Shown: positions 1 through 13,000 of the stretch, piece by piece | How the letters are laid out: each line of letters starts with the position of its first letter | Numbering within the stretch: position 1 is the stretch's first letter | Origin: an uncultured Planctomycetaceae bacterium | GTDB lineage: Bacteria > Planctomycetota > Planctomycetia > Planctomycetales > Planctomycetaceae | Direction: 5' to 3' | Length of the DNA: 64,000 bases | Assembly: GCA_963813715.1 (NCBI GenBank) | Contig: CAWFAK010000010.1 | Span: 36,730 to 100,729, forward strand | Position numbers and translations under genes: made by a program | The notes under the pieces: model-generated | Seen by the model: only the letters and a program-made list of their open reading frames with translations | Databases searched by the model: none | Told to the model about the DNA's origin: nothing

Positions 1-1000
1 GGACAGGAGCGGCCGTGCCGTGATCGGTCCCCTCCGAGGCGTTTTCGTCAGCCCGTCGGCCGAATTCGCTGAACGTCATCACCACCACGCGATCGTCCAG
101 CTTCGCCTGCTTCAGTTCGTTCAGGAAGAAGCGGAGCCCGTCCGACAGTTCGCGCAAGAGTCGCTCGTGCGTCTCCCGCTGATAGACGTGCGTGTCGTAA
201 CCCGTCTGCACGGCGTAGTAGACCCTCGCTCCGAAATCGCTCTGGATCAAGCGCGAGATCGAGCGCCAAACGCTTGGGCAGTTCGCCGTAAGGCAAAGTG
301 GCGGAGTCGGGCCGCGGCTTGGCGGCCTGTTGCAGCCGGTCGGCCGTGGCGACGGCGTCGACCTCGCTTCGCCGCACGAAAGCCAGGAGCGATTCCTCCG
401 CTGCGCCGGAGACTGCCGGTTTCGATTTGTCGGCGAGCACCATGTCATCGAGATTCGACAGGGTGGCTGCGATGGATTTGCGTCCGCGAAGCGTGACGGG
501 GAGCGCTTCCGGCCCAACGAGCACCGAAGAGGGGCCCGCCGGCCTTGGGTGCGCGGCCTTCGTCGAGGGCCCTACCGATCCAACCGATACCGTTATGCTC
601 GGTCGGGTCGAAGCGGGCCGTCTCCCAGATCGAACGGCTCACGTCGTGCGACTTGTTCGGATTCGGGTAGCCAACACCCTGCACGATCGCCAGCCGCCCC
701 TCGTGAAACAGGTCTTGGGCGTCACGCATCACGGGATTGAGTCCCACCGCGTCGTTCAGCCGACGGACGCGACTCTTCTCGACCGCCAGCTTGGGACGCA
801 GCCGCTTGTAATTGTCGTCGGCGTAGGGGACGACGGTGTTCAGACCGTCGTTGCCGCCGTCGAGTTGGATCACCACGAGGATCCGATCGTCGAGTGACGG
901 TGCCCGCCGCGCGGGCCGTCTGCGCCAGGAAGGCAGGCACCGTCGGAGCCAACGAGATCAACGTGGCCTCTTTGACAAAATCGCGCCGAGTGAGCCGCAT
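1..1000 (-). CDS. DUF1501 domain-containing protein with Tat signal (frameshifted; runs off window start)
   Basis: Stitched ORFs 722-1018, 445-876 and 48-524. N-terminus MRLTRRDFVK...AQTARA (twin-arginine). Motifs VIQLDGGNDGLNTVVPY and QGVGYPNPNKSH are typical of DUF1501. ATG at 1000 follows AAGGAG. Confidence 0.85.
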
Positions 1001-1010
1001 AACGCTCTCC

Positions 1011-2415
1011 TTATCCAATTTGGGCTTCGGGGGAGGACAGCAAAATGGCGGCCGCTTGCCGCGCGCTCTCGGCCGTGAGCACCGAGCCGGTGCCGACCGA
1101 CTGCCTGTAGCGATTTCTGCACGGCCGCGGGGGGTTCAATTCCGAGGAGCGAGATGCGACAGGAACCGGATCCCCGGCCCCGCCTCACGTCCGCCTACCG
1201 TTCGTTCGACCAACTCGAGCACGCGGGCCGTCGCGGCGGGATAGCGGACCGCGCCATTCAGCAAGCGCCGCGGCGAAGTTGATCCTCGCGACGAGAGCCC
1301 GCGAGTTGAGCCAGCTCCGCCCGCCCGGCCAGCCGAACACGTTCGGCGGATAGAATAGGTCCTGTCCCATCCGCGCGATCCACTCGGCCAGAAAGCAGCG
1401 TGCTGGGGGGCGGCTCGAATTGTTCGAGCGCCCGCACTGCGCCGATCGTGAACTCGGGCGGAGTGACGATCCGCGAGCGAAGATTTGCCGCGGAGAAAAA
1501 TACCTGCGACCGCAGAATCCGCTCAACGCCCCAGCCAATGTCGAGTTGATGCTCGCGCAGGCCTTTTGCCAGATCCTGCACGAGCTCCGTCGTGAGCAGT
1601 CCCTCACCCAAAAATGTTTCGCAGAGCCGTTTCGCCAGCCGCACCGAAGTCGTCGGCTGCTCCAGCAGGAGCGCGACGAACTGGTCGCCGTTAAAGCGGG
1701 CTTTGCGGCCCAGGATCGTCTTTTCGCCATCGTCGTGGTGCTGCGAAAAGTCGTGAAACCCGTCCGGCTTGTACGACCAGCCGGTAAGCGCGCGAGCGGC
1801 GTCCTTGACGTCGGCCTCGGAGAAATTGCCGACGCCCATCGTGAAGAGCTCCATTGCTTCGCGGGCCAGGTTTTCGTTCGGATGCTCCTTGCGATTGGCC
1901 GGCGCGTCGAGCCAGTCGAGCGTCGCCGGCTCTTTGATCACGTGACGGAGCAGGTCGCCGAAGGGCGCGCGGGCAAACTGTCGCAAGACTTCGTTCTGCC
2001 GCCGCATGGCCGCCAGGTCGTTGACCTTGAGGTTGCTGGTGGCGAAGTGGTTGTGCCACAAGAGCGTGAGCCGCTCGCCCAAAGCGTCGGGCGAGAAGAG
2101 CATGCGAAATACCCACCAGGCCTTGAGCCGATCTGCCGACGCCGTCGACGCGGCCGCGTCGGCCAGCGCCGCGGAAACCGCCTCGAAGTCTTTCACGATG
2201 CCGTCGATCCGCGACTTGCCCTGCAGGACACGGGTGACGCTGGCCTCCGGCCCGTCGCGCAAGTCGCGCTCGATCTCGGCCCACGTTGCGGCAAACCCCG
2301 CGCGGCGATGCAGGTGCACGACGCGGGCGAGATCCCAGGGCACCCCAGTATCGGAAGCGTACGCGACCCAGGGATCCGGAACGTGATTCGGCTTTATCGC
2401 TGGTGCAGAGAACAT
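1011..2415 (-). CDS. DUF1800 domain-containing protein (frameshifted near C-terminus)
   Basis: HLHRRAGF, ERLTLLWHNHFATS and PNENLAREAMELFTMG, continuing in other frames with GQDLFYPPNVFGWPGGRSWL and ...LLSSPEAQIG*. Canonical upstream partner of DUF1501. Confidence 0.88.
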
Positions 2416-2593
2416 ATTCGTCCGGGCGATTGCTCACGCCGTTCAAAAATTGACTTCGACCCAATATGAACCGTGTGTCCAGGCTCGACTTCCGATCAAT
2501 CGATCGCCTTTCGGTGCGGCTCTGCTACTCGATCGACCCCGCTTCAGTTTGAAGTCCCCCACGTCGATCTCGAACGGGCTGTTCGTTCGCAAC

Positions 2594-5500
2594 TTACCGT
2601 GACGGTTTGACGCGTAAGACCCCCAGTTGTTTGACCTCGCCCGGCCCGGCAGTGACGTCCGTAAAGATCTGTCCGAAGATTGACCTGCTCATCTTTCCGA
2701 ACCCTTCCTGAGGAATTCGCACATCGGCGGAGTACTTCAACCCGGGAATGATGCCGGGAAGCTCGAAGCGGCCATCCTGGTCGGTCAGGACGTGCCGTCC
2801 GTTGAACTCCGTCAGGATCACACCCTGCTCTCGATCATGCGCAGCTTCGCCAGCGGGCGGAGGGTACCGCCTCCCGCGGCGACTGATGACGGCATTTTTG
2901 AGAGGCTGCCCGTCGTCGTCGATGAGCTGCCCGACAATTCTCGCCCCCGGATGAAGGGTGATTTCCAGTTTTTCCGGAGGTTCGCCGGACAGCCGATAAA
3001 CGCCCACGAGGTTCCTCGCCGGATGATAAAACATCAGCGTGCGAGTTTCCGTGGGGAAGTAACCCGCGAGCGTGAAGGTTTCCGCCTCGTGAAACCTCCA
3101 GGCGCCATTGGACCGTGAGGCCCCCACTGGTCCGCTCACCGTAGAAAAGAAGTAATAGCCGCTGAGCGGTTGACTCTCCGGAGTCAAGACGCGGCCGCTC
3201 ACGCTGACTCCGGACCGCAGGGTCAGCTTGACGGACAGCACGTCGGGCTGCGGCTCGAGATCGATGGGCACGGTGAGGTGCGCGTTTGATGTGAAAGTCA
3301 AATACGGAGACTGGCGGAACTCATCCGCGGGTGCCGCTCGCAAACCGTCGACATGGTCGGAAAACACGCCGCAGGGGGTAGTCATCAAAAGGGCCGCCCG
3401 TCACCTGGAAAAGCAGCACTCCCTTGCCGGGCAGCACGGGGATCTCGAACCCGCCTTCGTGGTCCGTTCTGTAGCGACCCCGACTGTACCAATTGATCTG
3501 GAGGTGATCCGGGTTCGTCCACGATGCCAGATACTCCAAGTTGCCCATGACCGGCTTGCCTGTCCGCGAGTCGGTGACCTGGCCACGGACAAGAATTCCC
3601 GCCGTGAGCTGCACGTTGGACGTGAGCGGCTGGGAGCCCGCGGTCGTCGTCACATCAAAATCTCGCTGCAGATGTCGCGTCCCAAGCGGCGGAACGGCGA
3701 TGAGCTTGCTTTTGCCCAGCGGCAGGCCCTCGAGACGGTAGCGCCCCTCAGAGTCAGTCAGCGTTTGCAGGTAGTCGGAGGCCAGACTGGAGGAAGGCCG
3801 CAGACCCGCATGCGGGTCCGTCGCAGTGTAACCGGTCTTCACGACGCAATCGGCGAGCGGCCGCCCCGTTTTGCGGTCGGTGATGCGACCTTCGACTGGA
3901 ATCGAGGGCCCCAGCAGGCCCGTGAACTCGTTCGGATAGAAAGACTCGGATTGAAGACTGGCGGCAGACGGCCGGTCGAACGCCAGCTTGATCGGCTCCC
4001 CTCGGCGAGACAGGACGTGCAGCAGCCGCATTTCCACGTTCGGTGCGCTCACGAGAATGTCGGCGATTCGCTCGCGGCCAATCCCCCTGAGCGTGAACCG
4101 GCCGTCCGCGCCGGTCCGGACCACGGGCACAATGGCAGAGTTTGCGGTGTCTATTCGGCGTAGGCTCCGGCCAGCCGTATTCTGGTCGGCGCCGCGCTGC
4201 TTCGTGGCTGCGACCCAGGCATCCAGAGTGCCGTCCGTTCCGCTGTGAACGGAGAGCGTCCGCACGATTGCGTCGGCAATCGGTTGACCTTCGATGTTCA
4301 CCAGGCGACCACGAACCGGCACATCATCGGGGACCAGTTTGAGGACCGCCGGTTTAGCGGCAGTCTGCGTCTTGAGCCGACGCCGCTGCTCCTCGGTCAA
4401 TTCAGCCATCAGTCGGCCGCTCGTCTCGAATTGGCCCGAGGAGTCGAATGCGAAGCCAAGGCCGTCCTTCGTGGCGACGATCGTCGCATAGCGCCAGGCC
4501 GGAATCCCGCTCGGAACGGCGTCGGCGAACTCGCTTTTGCGGCGCGTGAACTGGAACTGTCCGTGTGCGTCCGTTACGGCCAACGTCGCCGCTTGACGCT
4601 CCGGAGGACCCTCTCGCCAGTATTGCAACATCAGCTGCGCACCGGCGACCGGCAGTCCGACGTCATCGAGGACTTTTCCCTCATAGGAAAACGCGACATC
4701 AGCCACGACCGGCGTCTTAGGCGCGGAGGTCGGGGCTTGCGCGTCGGAAGAACTGACAGCGTCGCTTCCGTCCCGCTTGATCTTGATCTCGCCCAGATCG
4801 ATCGTCTTTCCCGGTGCGAAAGAGACTTTCTCGGCGACGGTCACGAAGTCGAGTTTGGGATCCAAGGCGCGAATCTTGTAGCTGTCGCAGCCCGCCGCCA
4901 GGTTTTCAATCGCGAAGTGTCCGTCGGCATCGGTCATGGGACCGGAGGTATACAGACTGAACCATGCGTGGCCGTACCGCATAGCCTCGGCGAACACCTG
5001 CACGTTCTTGAGAGGGCTTCCTTCCTCGTCCAGGAGACGACCGCGCACGGTCGCGCAGGGCTCGAGTTTGACTGTCAATGTCTGCGAGGCTTTCTCGTCG
5101 TACTCGAAGGTGAAGACCTTGGCGATTTTTCGTTGCCATTGGGTGATCTGGTAGGTCCGTGATTCCTTCGGAGCCAGGCCCGCGAGCTCAAAGGTGGCAT
5201 CGCGTCGCCCCCAGGTCACGGCAAGCGCGAGTTCCAACTGGAGAAGGTAGCCATCCTCCACCGGCTTGCCTGCACCATCGACAAACGCGATCCGTAACTT
5301 TCCGCCTGGATCGAGCGCCAGGTCGCACGCCGCCGACTCGGTCCCCGGCGTCGGATTGATCTCCTTGAGCGCGTTCTCGAAGGATCCGAAGGCAGGTCCC
5401 AGCGTTTTTGGGAAACGGCCATTTTTCTCCATCCCGGGAATCTCCGAGGCTCCCACGCCCGTGAGATACAGCCCGCCCGCTGCTCTCACGCCCACGATGG

Positions 5501-7071
5501 CGCGCCAGGGCAATCCCACGATGCGATAGGTTCCGTCCGGCGACGTGACCCGATGGGACGCGTCCTTGACGCGCTCGATGGTCCGCCACTCTTCCACATT
5601 CACGAACGGATTCGACCCATACGGGAAATAATGGACGACCGCACTAACGGGTTTGCCGGTCACCTTGTCGGTCACGCGGCCGGTGATCCACAGCCCGCGC
5701 CTGAGTTTGATGTCTAGCGTGATCGGATCAAGCCCCGCAGTCTGCGGGATATCGACTTCTTTTCCAAAATACGGCTGGTCGAGGTTTGGCGCCACCACGA
5801 GCCGGTCGTGTTTCCAATCCTGATCGACGGGCGAGGTTTCTTTGGGCATGCCGATCAGTCGGAACTTCCCTTCCGCGTCAGTCTGGCGCAGATGAATTTA
5901 TGCTGGCTCAATTCGACACGGACCCCTGGGAGCGGCTTCCCGCTGGCCGCATCGCGGACGGTGCCGATAATCGGCTTGGTGAGAGCAGCCTGATATGTAA
6001 AGTCTCCGCCAAAAATCGGCGTCGGCCGGTTATCACCGTCGATCGCACGGTCCGCTGCACTGGGTGTGATCTGTCGAGTCACCACTTCGATTCTCGCCGT
6101 GGCAATCGTCTCTCCGCTGATTTGCAGGTCCACCACTCGTTCGGGCCCGACTCCCCGTACGACAAAGCGGCCATCCCGGTCGCTCACAATGTCTATGGAC
6201 GTAGCTTCCTCGTAACCCGGGAGTTGTGATCCGAGACGGGCGTTACTGTCCCCTTTCTTCATCGCGTCCACCCAGGCGCAACATCCTGACCTTCTCGCGG
6301 CACGCCTTGCGCCACCACGCGCACATGAACTCGGCTCAATGGCCTCCCTTCCAGGTCGACCACGCGGCCGTGAATGAGCGATTCGGGGATGAGCCGCAGC
6401 ACAACCGGCGAATTCGTTTCCTTCCCGGGAACAAAGGCGGGTGCGCGCGCCCACTCGACGCCAAAGCCGTCCGTCCGCGCAGCGAGCCCAAACAATCCCG
6501 TGCCGATCTCGTCGTACCAATAGGGAGGAATCCAAATCTCGAATTCGCCGTTTGCCGCGGCCTTTGTGGTCGCCAGCGGCTTCCAACTCACCCGATTGGA
6601 CCAATACCGTCGCAGCGCGAGGATCTCGGCCCCCGCAGCCGGCCGCCCATCGGGCAGCAACACAGTGCCGAGAATCTGCTGCGGTCCGTTTTCATTTTTC
6701 GCGGCGTTTGGCGGGGTCCTGTCCGATGCGGCTGAAACTTGCTTCGGCGCCGAAGCGCGCTCAGGCGCGCTCTCCGCCCGCGTGAGTTGTGTTGATGCGG
6801 GACGGCCGGCCTGGGTGTCGGCTGCGACCGGCAACGCTACAGCCGGTGAGATCTCGCCGCCGTCAGTTTTGGAAACGGGCGCGGGAGGAGTCGCCCCTTG
6901 CTGCGCGAAGCCGATGCCCGCGACGGCCGCAAGCGTGACGACGCACGCCCCGAGGATCCAGCGTCTGCCCACCCTGGGCGCGATGCGGGCTCCCGCCAGC
7001 ACGTGCTGCAGCCGACGTTTGAGCGAGTCGCCGCGATCACCGACGATCGGGAATAGTCCGGGCGTGTTCAT
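2594..7071 (-). CDS. Membrane-anchored/secreted protein with two large carboxypeptidase-regulatory-like beta-sandwich modules; protease-less paralogue of the upstream M56 protein (~1,490 aa if indels are errors)
   Basis: Stitched ORFs 6259-7071, 5855-6604, 3321-5849 and 2594-3388. N-terminus DSLKRRLQHVLAGARIAPRVGRRWILGACVVTLAAVAGIGFAQQG. Repeated GRxxDxxGxP / TDxxGRF motifs. Modules start near 6675 and 4686. Confidence 0.75.
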
Positions 7072-7072
7072 C

Positions 7073-10000
7073 TCACTTGGCGTCCTTCGCGGTGCCCGCG
7101 GCCAGTTCCTTGGTTCGTTTTTCCGTACCGCGGCGGTCGGACTTCCCAGCGTCGCCCGTTGCCCGATTGGGGCCCGACGGCGTTTCGACGGACGCCGTTG
7201 TCGCTTTGGCTGCGGCGGGCGGCTTCGTGCGTTTCACCGCCCCGCGATGGACTTTGGGAAACCCGCGATCCATTCGCCCGCGTTCGATCGTGATGGTGCC
7301 CAGATCGATCTGATCTCCCGGAGCGACTGTCAATTTGTCGGCGACTTGAGCGAGAGACGATAGATGTGCGTCCAGAATGAATGGCCCTCCCGCTGGAAGC
7401 TCAAGTCGCAAGTGTCCGTCTGCGTCGGTGATCGCAGTCGGATTCCGGACGAACGAAAAACATTCGATCTTGACGTTCGACAGGGGGGCTCCGTCTTCGG
7501 ACAGAAGCCGGCCCGTCACAACGGCCGGCGGTTCCAGCACGATCGTTCGTTGGGCTTCACCGGGTTGCGGCGTGAAGTCGAGCAGTTTCGTGAGCCCGCT
7601 GGCGCGATGTCGCAGCAGGACCGTCCTTTTGTCGCCCGGATAGGTTCCGTAAAGCGTTGCAGAATCGCTCTCGGTAAACGAGCGCGGCGGTAACATCCGC
7701 GGATCGAGGACCAGCCCGACGGCTTCGACCCCCGAAAGCGGCTTGCCGGACGCGTCCGTGAACTTCAGCACGACGTTCTGCCCCGGCTCAACCGGCAAGT
7801 CGACGTTCACCTCGGCGCAAGCGGGGCAACGTCGATCTCGCGCAGGGAGTGGAACATGCCAGGCTCGATCGGCGACAAGGTCGGCGAATTGATTCTCTTT
7901 CTTTTTGCGTCGACTAGTTCTTTGATCTCAGCCCATCCCAGGTTGAAGCGGTAAGTCCCTTGCGTGCATTGCAGGCCGACCACGCCGCGACCCGGGATGA
8001 CGGGGACCCGAAAGCGGCCGTCCGGGCCGAAAACGCCGGCGCTGGAATTCCTCGAGAAGTCGGGTTGACCGGCGAAATACTTCGCGGCGAACTCGTTCGA
8101 TCGGAACGGCGTGTAAAGAACCGAGCCGGAGACCGGTTTGCCGGTTGACCGATCGTAGGCGCGGCCCACGGCCCAGATCGCGCGCTTCAGCTTGATGTCG
8201 AGCCGAATCGGCTCCAGCGAGACGGAGGCGGGAATCGTCGCCTCGTTAGCAGACAGGTAGGGCAAATCTGGAATCAGGATCCGACACAGGTTGATTCGCC
8301 CAGTGTCGAGCCCTTCGAGGCGAAAGTGCCCCTTGGGGTCGGAGGTCGCCGACACGAACATGTTGCCCCCCACCAGGGTCGAGTCACCCCGCTTCACGCC
8401 ATAGGGACGGATCCCGACGCCCGGAATGGGCTGGCCCGTCTCTTCATCCGTGACGAAGCCTTCGACGAGGACGCTCGGCGACGCGACGTGCTCGAATTGA
8501 GAGCCAAGAGTCTCGTGAAATCTAAATGGGATCGGCTTGATCGGCCTCGTCACCACGCTGGCGACGAATGTGGCCATTCGTGGACCCGAGATTTTCAGAT
8601 AGACGTGTCGATCGCGTCCGATTCCCTGGATCTCGAATCGCCCGTCGGCATTTGTTTTCTGCGCCGGAATCAGCGCCTCCGAGACCGATGCAACCGCCTT
8701 GACACGGAAGACAGCCTCTTCGCGGCCCCCTCTGTTTTCATCGAGCGAACGATTGGGCAAGAACCAATGGATATACACGGGCTTGTCCTTCGCGGAGGCG
8801 ATAAACTGATCGACCCAGGCCGCGGTCGAGTCGTAGACGATGACGACCTCGACACGGACATCGCGCAACGGTCGCCCTTCTAAATCGATGATGTGGCCGC
8901 GAATCGGCTCGTCATCGACCAGGTTCATGACAATCGCGTCGGTCTTTTCCGCCGGAAGGACTGGATGCAACGCGAGGCCATAGCCGGCCAGCGTGGCCCA
9001 CAGATTGACGCTGTCCCGGCGATCCGTCATCGGACCAACATCGACGCTGCCCCGAAATTCACCCTTCGCATCCGCGGACAGCGTCGTCAGCACTGTGAAC
9101 TTTTCTGTAGCCGCCGGGTACGGCTGACCGACGGCCTTAATCACTCGCACGGTCGCGCCGACCGCCGGCTGACCGTTGGGCAACAGCACGCGGCCGCGGA
9201 GTTCACGCGTCGTCATCGCGGAAGGCGCGGGTTTCTTTTCGGTTGCCGCTGATGCCAGATGCACTTCCGGGCGAGGCGCCTGCACGGTTGACGCGTTTGC
9301 GACGCCGGGAGATTTGCTGCGTTTCAGCGATCCCCTCGTGATCCTTCTGATTCGTTGCTGCCGGGCGTCGAGTTCGATCGTGACGTCGCCGAAATCGATT
9401 TGCTCTCCCGCGGCAACCGTCAGGTTTTTCTCAAGTTGTTTGAGGGCGCCCGTGACGACAGACACGTAACGCCCGGCGGGGATCTCGCTGCGGAGACGTC
9501 CTTGGGCGTCGGAGGACGCCGCCCGCAAGCCTTCCGGCAGGTTGTAGGCGGGCGTGCAGGTGAGGCTCCAATTCGCGAGCGGCGTTCCCTCCGGAGTGAG
9601 GAAGTGCGCGGTGATCACGGCCGGAGCCTCGAGAACGATCGTCCGCTCGGTCTCCCCCTCCTTTGGCGTAAAGCGGAACAGCTTTGTGAGACCGCTGGCC
9701 CGGTGCTTGAGCCAGACCGTTCGCGTCTCGCCGGGGAACGTGGCATAGAGCGTCGCCGAGTCACTCTCAACAAAGGACCACCATGGCCGAGCCGAGTAAC
9801 CCTTGCCTGACTGATAACGCACATACCGCAACCCGTACGCTTCCACGCCGGCCAGCGGTTTGCCGGCCGGATCGGCGAACTTGAGAACGACGTTCTGCCC
9901 CGGGTCGGCGGCCAGATCGGCATGAGCCTCTTCGGCATCCGGCGGGACGTTGATTTCCCGCACCACCTGATAAGGCCCATACGGCGCGGACGTTAATCTC

Positions 10001-13000
10001 TCGAAGTCGGCGATCGCCTCCCGGCCAAGCTGGAGCCGGTAGTCCCCCTCGTCGCAGTAGAGAGTCAGCACGCCACGTCCCGGGACGACGAGGAGCCGGA
10101 AACGTCCGTCCGCTTCGACATTTCCGCCCGTGCCTTGAATCACGTGATACTTTCGCGCGACTTCATTGGAGCGAAACGGTGTGTACTGCACCCAACCGGA
10201 GACAGGCTTGCCCGTCACCCGATCGGACGCGCGGCCGACGGCCCAAATGCCGCGCTTGAGCTTGACGTCGCACCGAATCGGCCGAAGCGCCACGGCCGCG
10301 GGAACCTCAAAGCCGGCCCCGGTTTCCATTGGCTTGACGTACCAGGGGTGCAGATAAGGCAAATCGTGCGGTTCGACGCCGCAGACGTTGGGCTGCTGGG
10401 TGTTGAGTCCCTCGAGCAGGTAGTGGCCGCGAGCATCGGTTGTCGCGGAGGCTGACAGGCCGAGCTCGACCCTCCACCTGCCCCTGTCGGACCTGATATA
10501 GGGAAAGACGGTGGCGCCGGCGATCGGCTTGCCGCTCTCTTCGTCGGTGATGAATCCTTCGACGGGCACGCTCGGCGAAACGACGCGAGTAAACTCGGAA
10601 CCGTCAACTTCCCACTGGGGCAGGGGAATCGACTTGATCGGCCGCGTCAGAACGCTGGCGAAAATCGTGGCCGTTCGCGAGGCGGAAATTCTGAGGGCGA
10701 TAAGCCGATCGCGCCCCAGGCCCCGCATCTCGAACCGCCCGTCGGAATCCGTTTTGACCGTCGGAACGAGCGTTTCGGAAACGCGTTGAGGCGAGTCGAC
10801 GTGCAAATACGGTCCGCCCGGTGCGGACCGTCCTGCCGAATCGCCTTCGTCGTCGAGGAATGCGTTGATGGGCCGCGGCAGCTTGGAAATCGCGGCCAGC
10901 CATTGGTCGATCGAGTCGGTCGTCGTGTCGAAATAGCGAATGATTTCGACGCGGGCCTCGCGAACGGGCCGCCCCTCGAGGTCGACAATCCGCCCTCGGA
11001 TCGGCTCCTCTTGGGCCAGCTTCAACACGATCGGCTGCGCGTCGGAGATCGACGGGAGCGGCCGCACCACGAGGCCATAGCCTGGCAACGCGGCCCAGAC
11101 GCTAAGTGGACGACGATCCTTGAAGCCGGCGGCATCGATGTGGCCCTCGAAATCTCCGTTCGAATTCGCAGTGCGTTTCGCCAGCACTCGGAGTTCAACT
11201 TGCCCCGCGAGCACGTCGGCTCGAATCACGCGGACGGTCGCCCCGACGGCCGGCTGACCATTGGGCAACAACACGCGGCCGCGCAGTTGCGCGTCGGTGA
11301 CGTGTCAGTCCGAAGTGATTCTGTCTTCGCGATTTGCCCGGAGCGCGGAAGCGGGTGCCGACGCGATCGGCGGCTTCACTGCCGTCGCCTTTGTGCGTTT
11401 CGGTGGGCCGAACGTGGCTTTGACATCACGCGGACGCTTGCCGGTGCTTTCGAGCGTGATATCGCCGAGTTCGATTTGCTCTCCCGCCGCGACGGTCAGT
11501 TTGGGTAGTCGACAACGACCGGCAAAGAGGCCAATCGAGCCGCCTGCCGGCAGGTCGCGACGAAATCGTCCCTGGGCGTCGCTCATGACGGGGGGAAAGG
11601 CTTCCTCGAAACCCTCGCCGAAATCGCATCGAATTTCGATTCCGGAAAGAGGTTTCCCTTCGGCGCTGACCAGGCGGCCGGTAACGATGGCCGGCGGCTC
11701 CAGGACGAGCGGGCGCGGGCCTCCCCGGCCTGCGGAGAGAATTGCATCAGTTTTGTCAAACCCGTCGCGCGATGGCGGAGCCAGATGACGCGGTTTTCGC
11801 CCGGATAACCTGCATAGAGAGTCGTCGAATCGCCTTCGACAAACGACTGGCCGCGCTTCCGGCGCCGAACGGGGCCCGGCAAACCTCAGTCCGTTTGTCT
11901 CGACCCCGGCCAGCGGCTTGCCGGCGGCATCAGTGAACTTGAGGACGACATTCTCCCCCGGATCGACTGGCAGATCGATGCTGGCTTCGCGCGCCCGGCG
12001 CGAGATCGATCTCGCGCAACGAGTGGTACATTTCTCCAAAGATGAATCGGTAGAGAGGGGAAGCCAGAGCCGCGTTCCGATCGGTCAACGACTTGATTTG
12101 CGCCGGCCGAAGTCCAGGCGGTAGTCGTCCGAGTCGCAGCGCATGTAGATGATGCCGTGTCCGGGATAGACCAGGGCGCGAATATGCCCCTCGGGGTCGG
12201 CTTCTCCGCATTCGAGCAGTTCGTCCCAGAACCTGGGGATGTTTCGCAGCCACCTCACGGGCGGGTTTGCTCGTTTGAAACGGCGTGTAAAAGATCTTGC
12301 CCGAGACCGGCTTGCCGGTTGTCCGATCGTAGGCTCGACCAGTAGCCCAGATCCCGCGTGTGAGCTTCAGGTCCTTGCGGATCGGATCGAGCGACTTGAC
12401 GGGACCAACCCGCAGCCCCTGCATCAGGGAGAAGTAAGGCTGGCCGGGCACACGAACATTGCAGTTCAGCCCATAGGCCGGATCGATCCCCTCGAAGCGA
12501 TAGTGTCCGCGGGCATCGGTCGTTCTCATCCCGTATAGAGCTAGGATTGATCGCAGGCGCACACCCGGAATCGGTTTGCCGGTCTCCTCGTCCGTGATAT
12601 CTCCCTCGATTGTCACGCCCGGCGATAGGGCACGTTCGAATTGCGAGCCGGAGATCTCCATGGATTGCTTACGGATGGGCTGGATGGGCCGCGTCAGCAG
12701 GAACGCGAACGTCGTTGCCACGCGCGGACCGGAGATTCTGAGAGCGATAAAGTGATCGCGCCCGATACCTTGTATCTCGAAGCGGCCGTCGGCGTTGGAT
12801 TTCGCCTTCGCCAGCAACGACGCGGGTAACCACGCTTTCGACGTGGAAGGGATCAAGGACTTATTTTGGAATTCCGCATCCTTGCTTTGAATCGACGCGA
12901 TCCACGGGTCGATTGCGTCCGCCTTCGTGTCGAAGTATCGACGACTTCGATGTCGACGTCCCGAGCGGGTCGCCCCTCCAGGTCCATCAAGCGACCCCGG

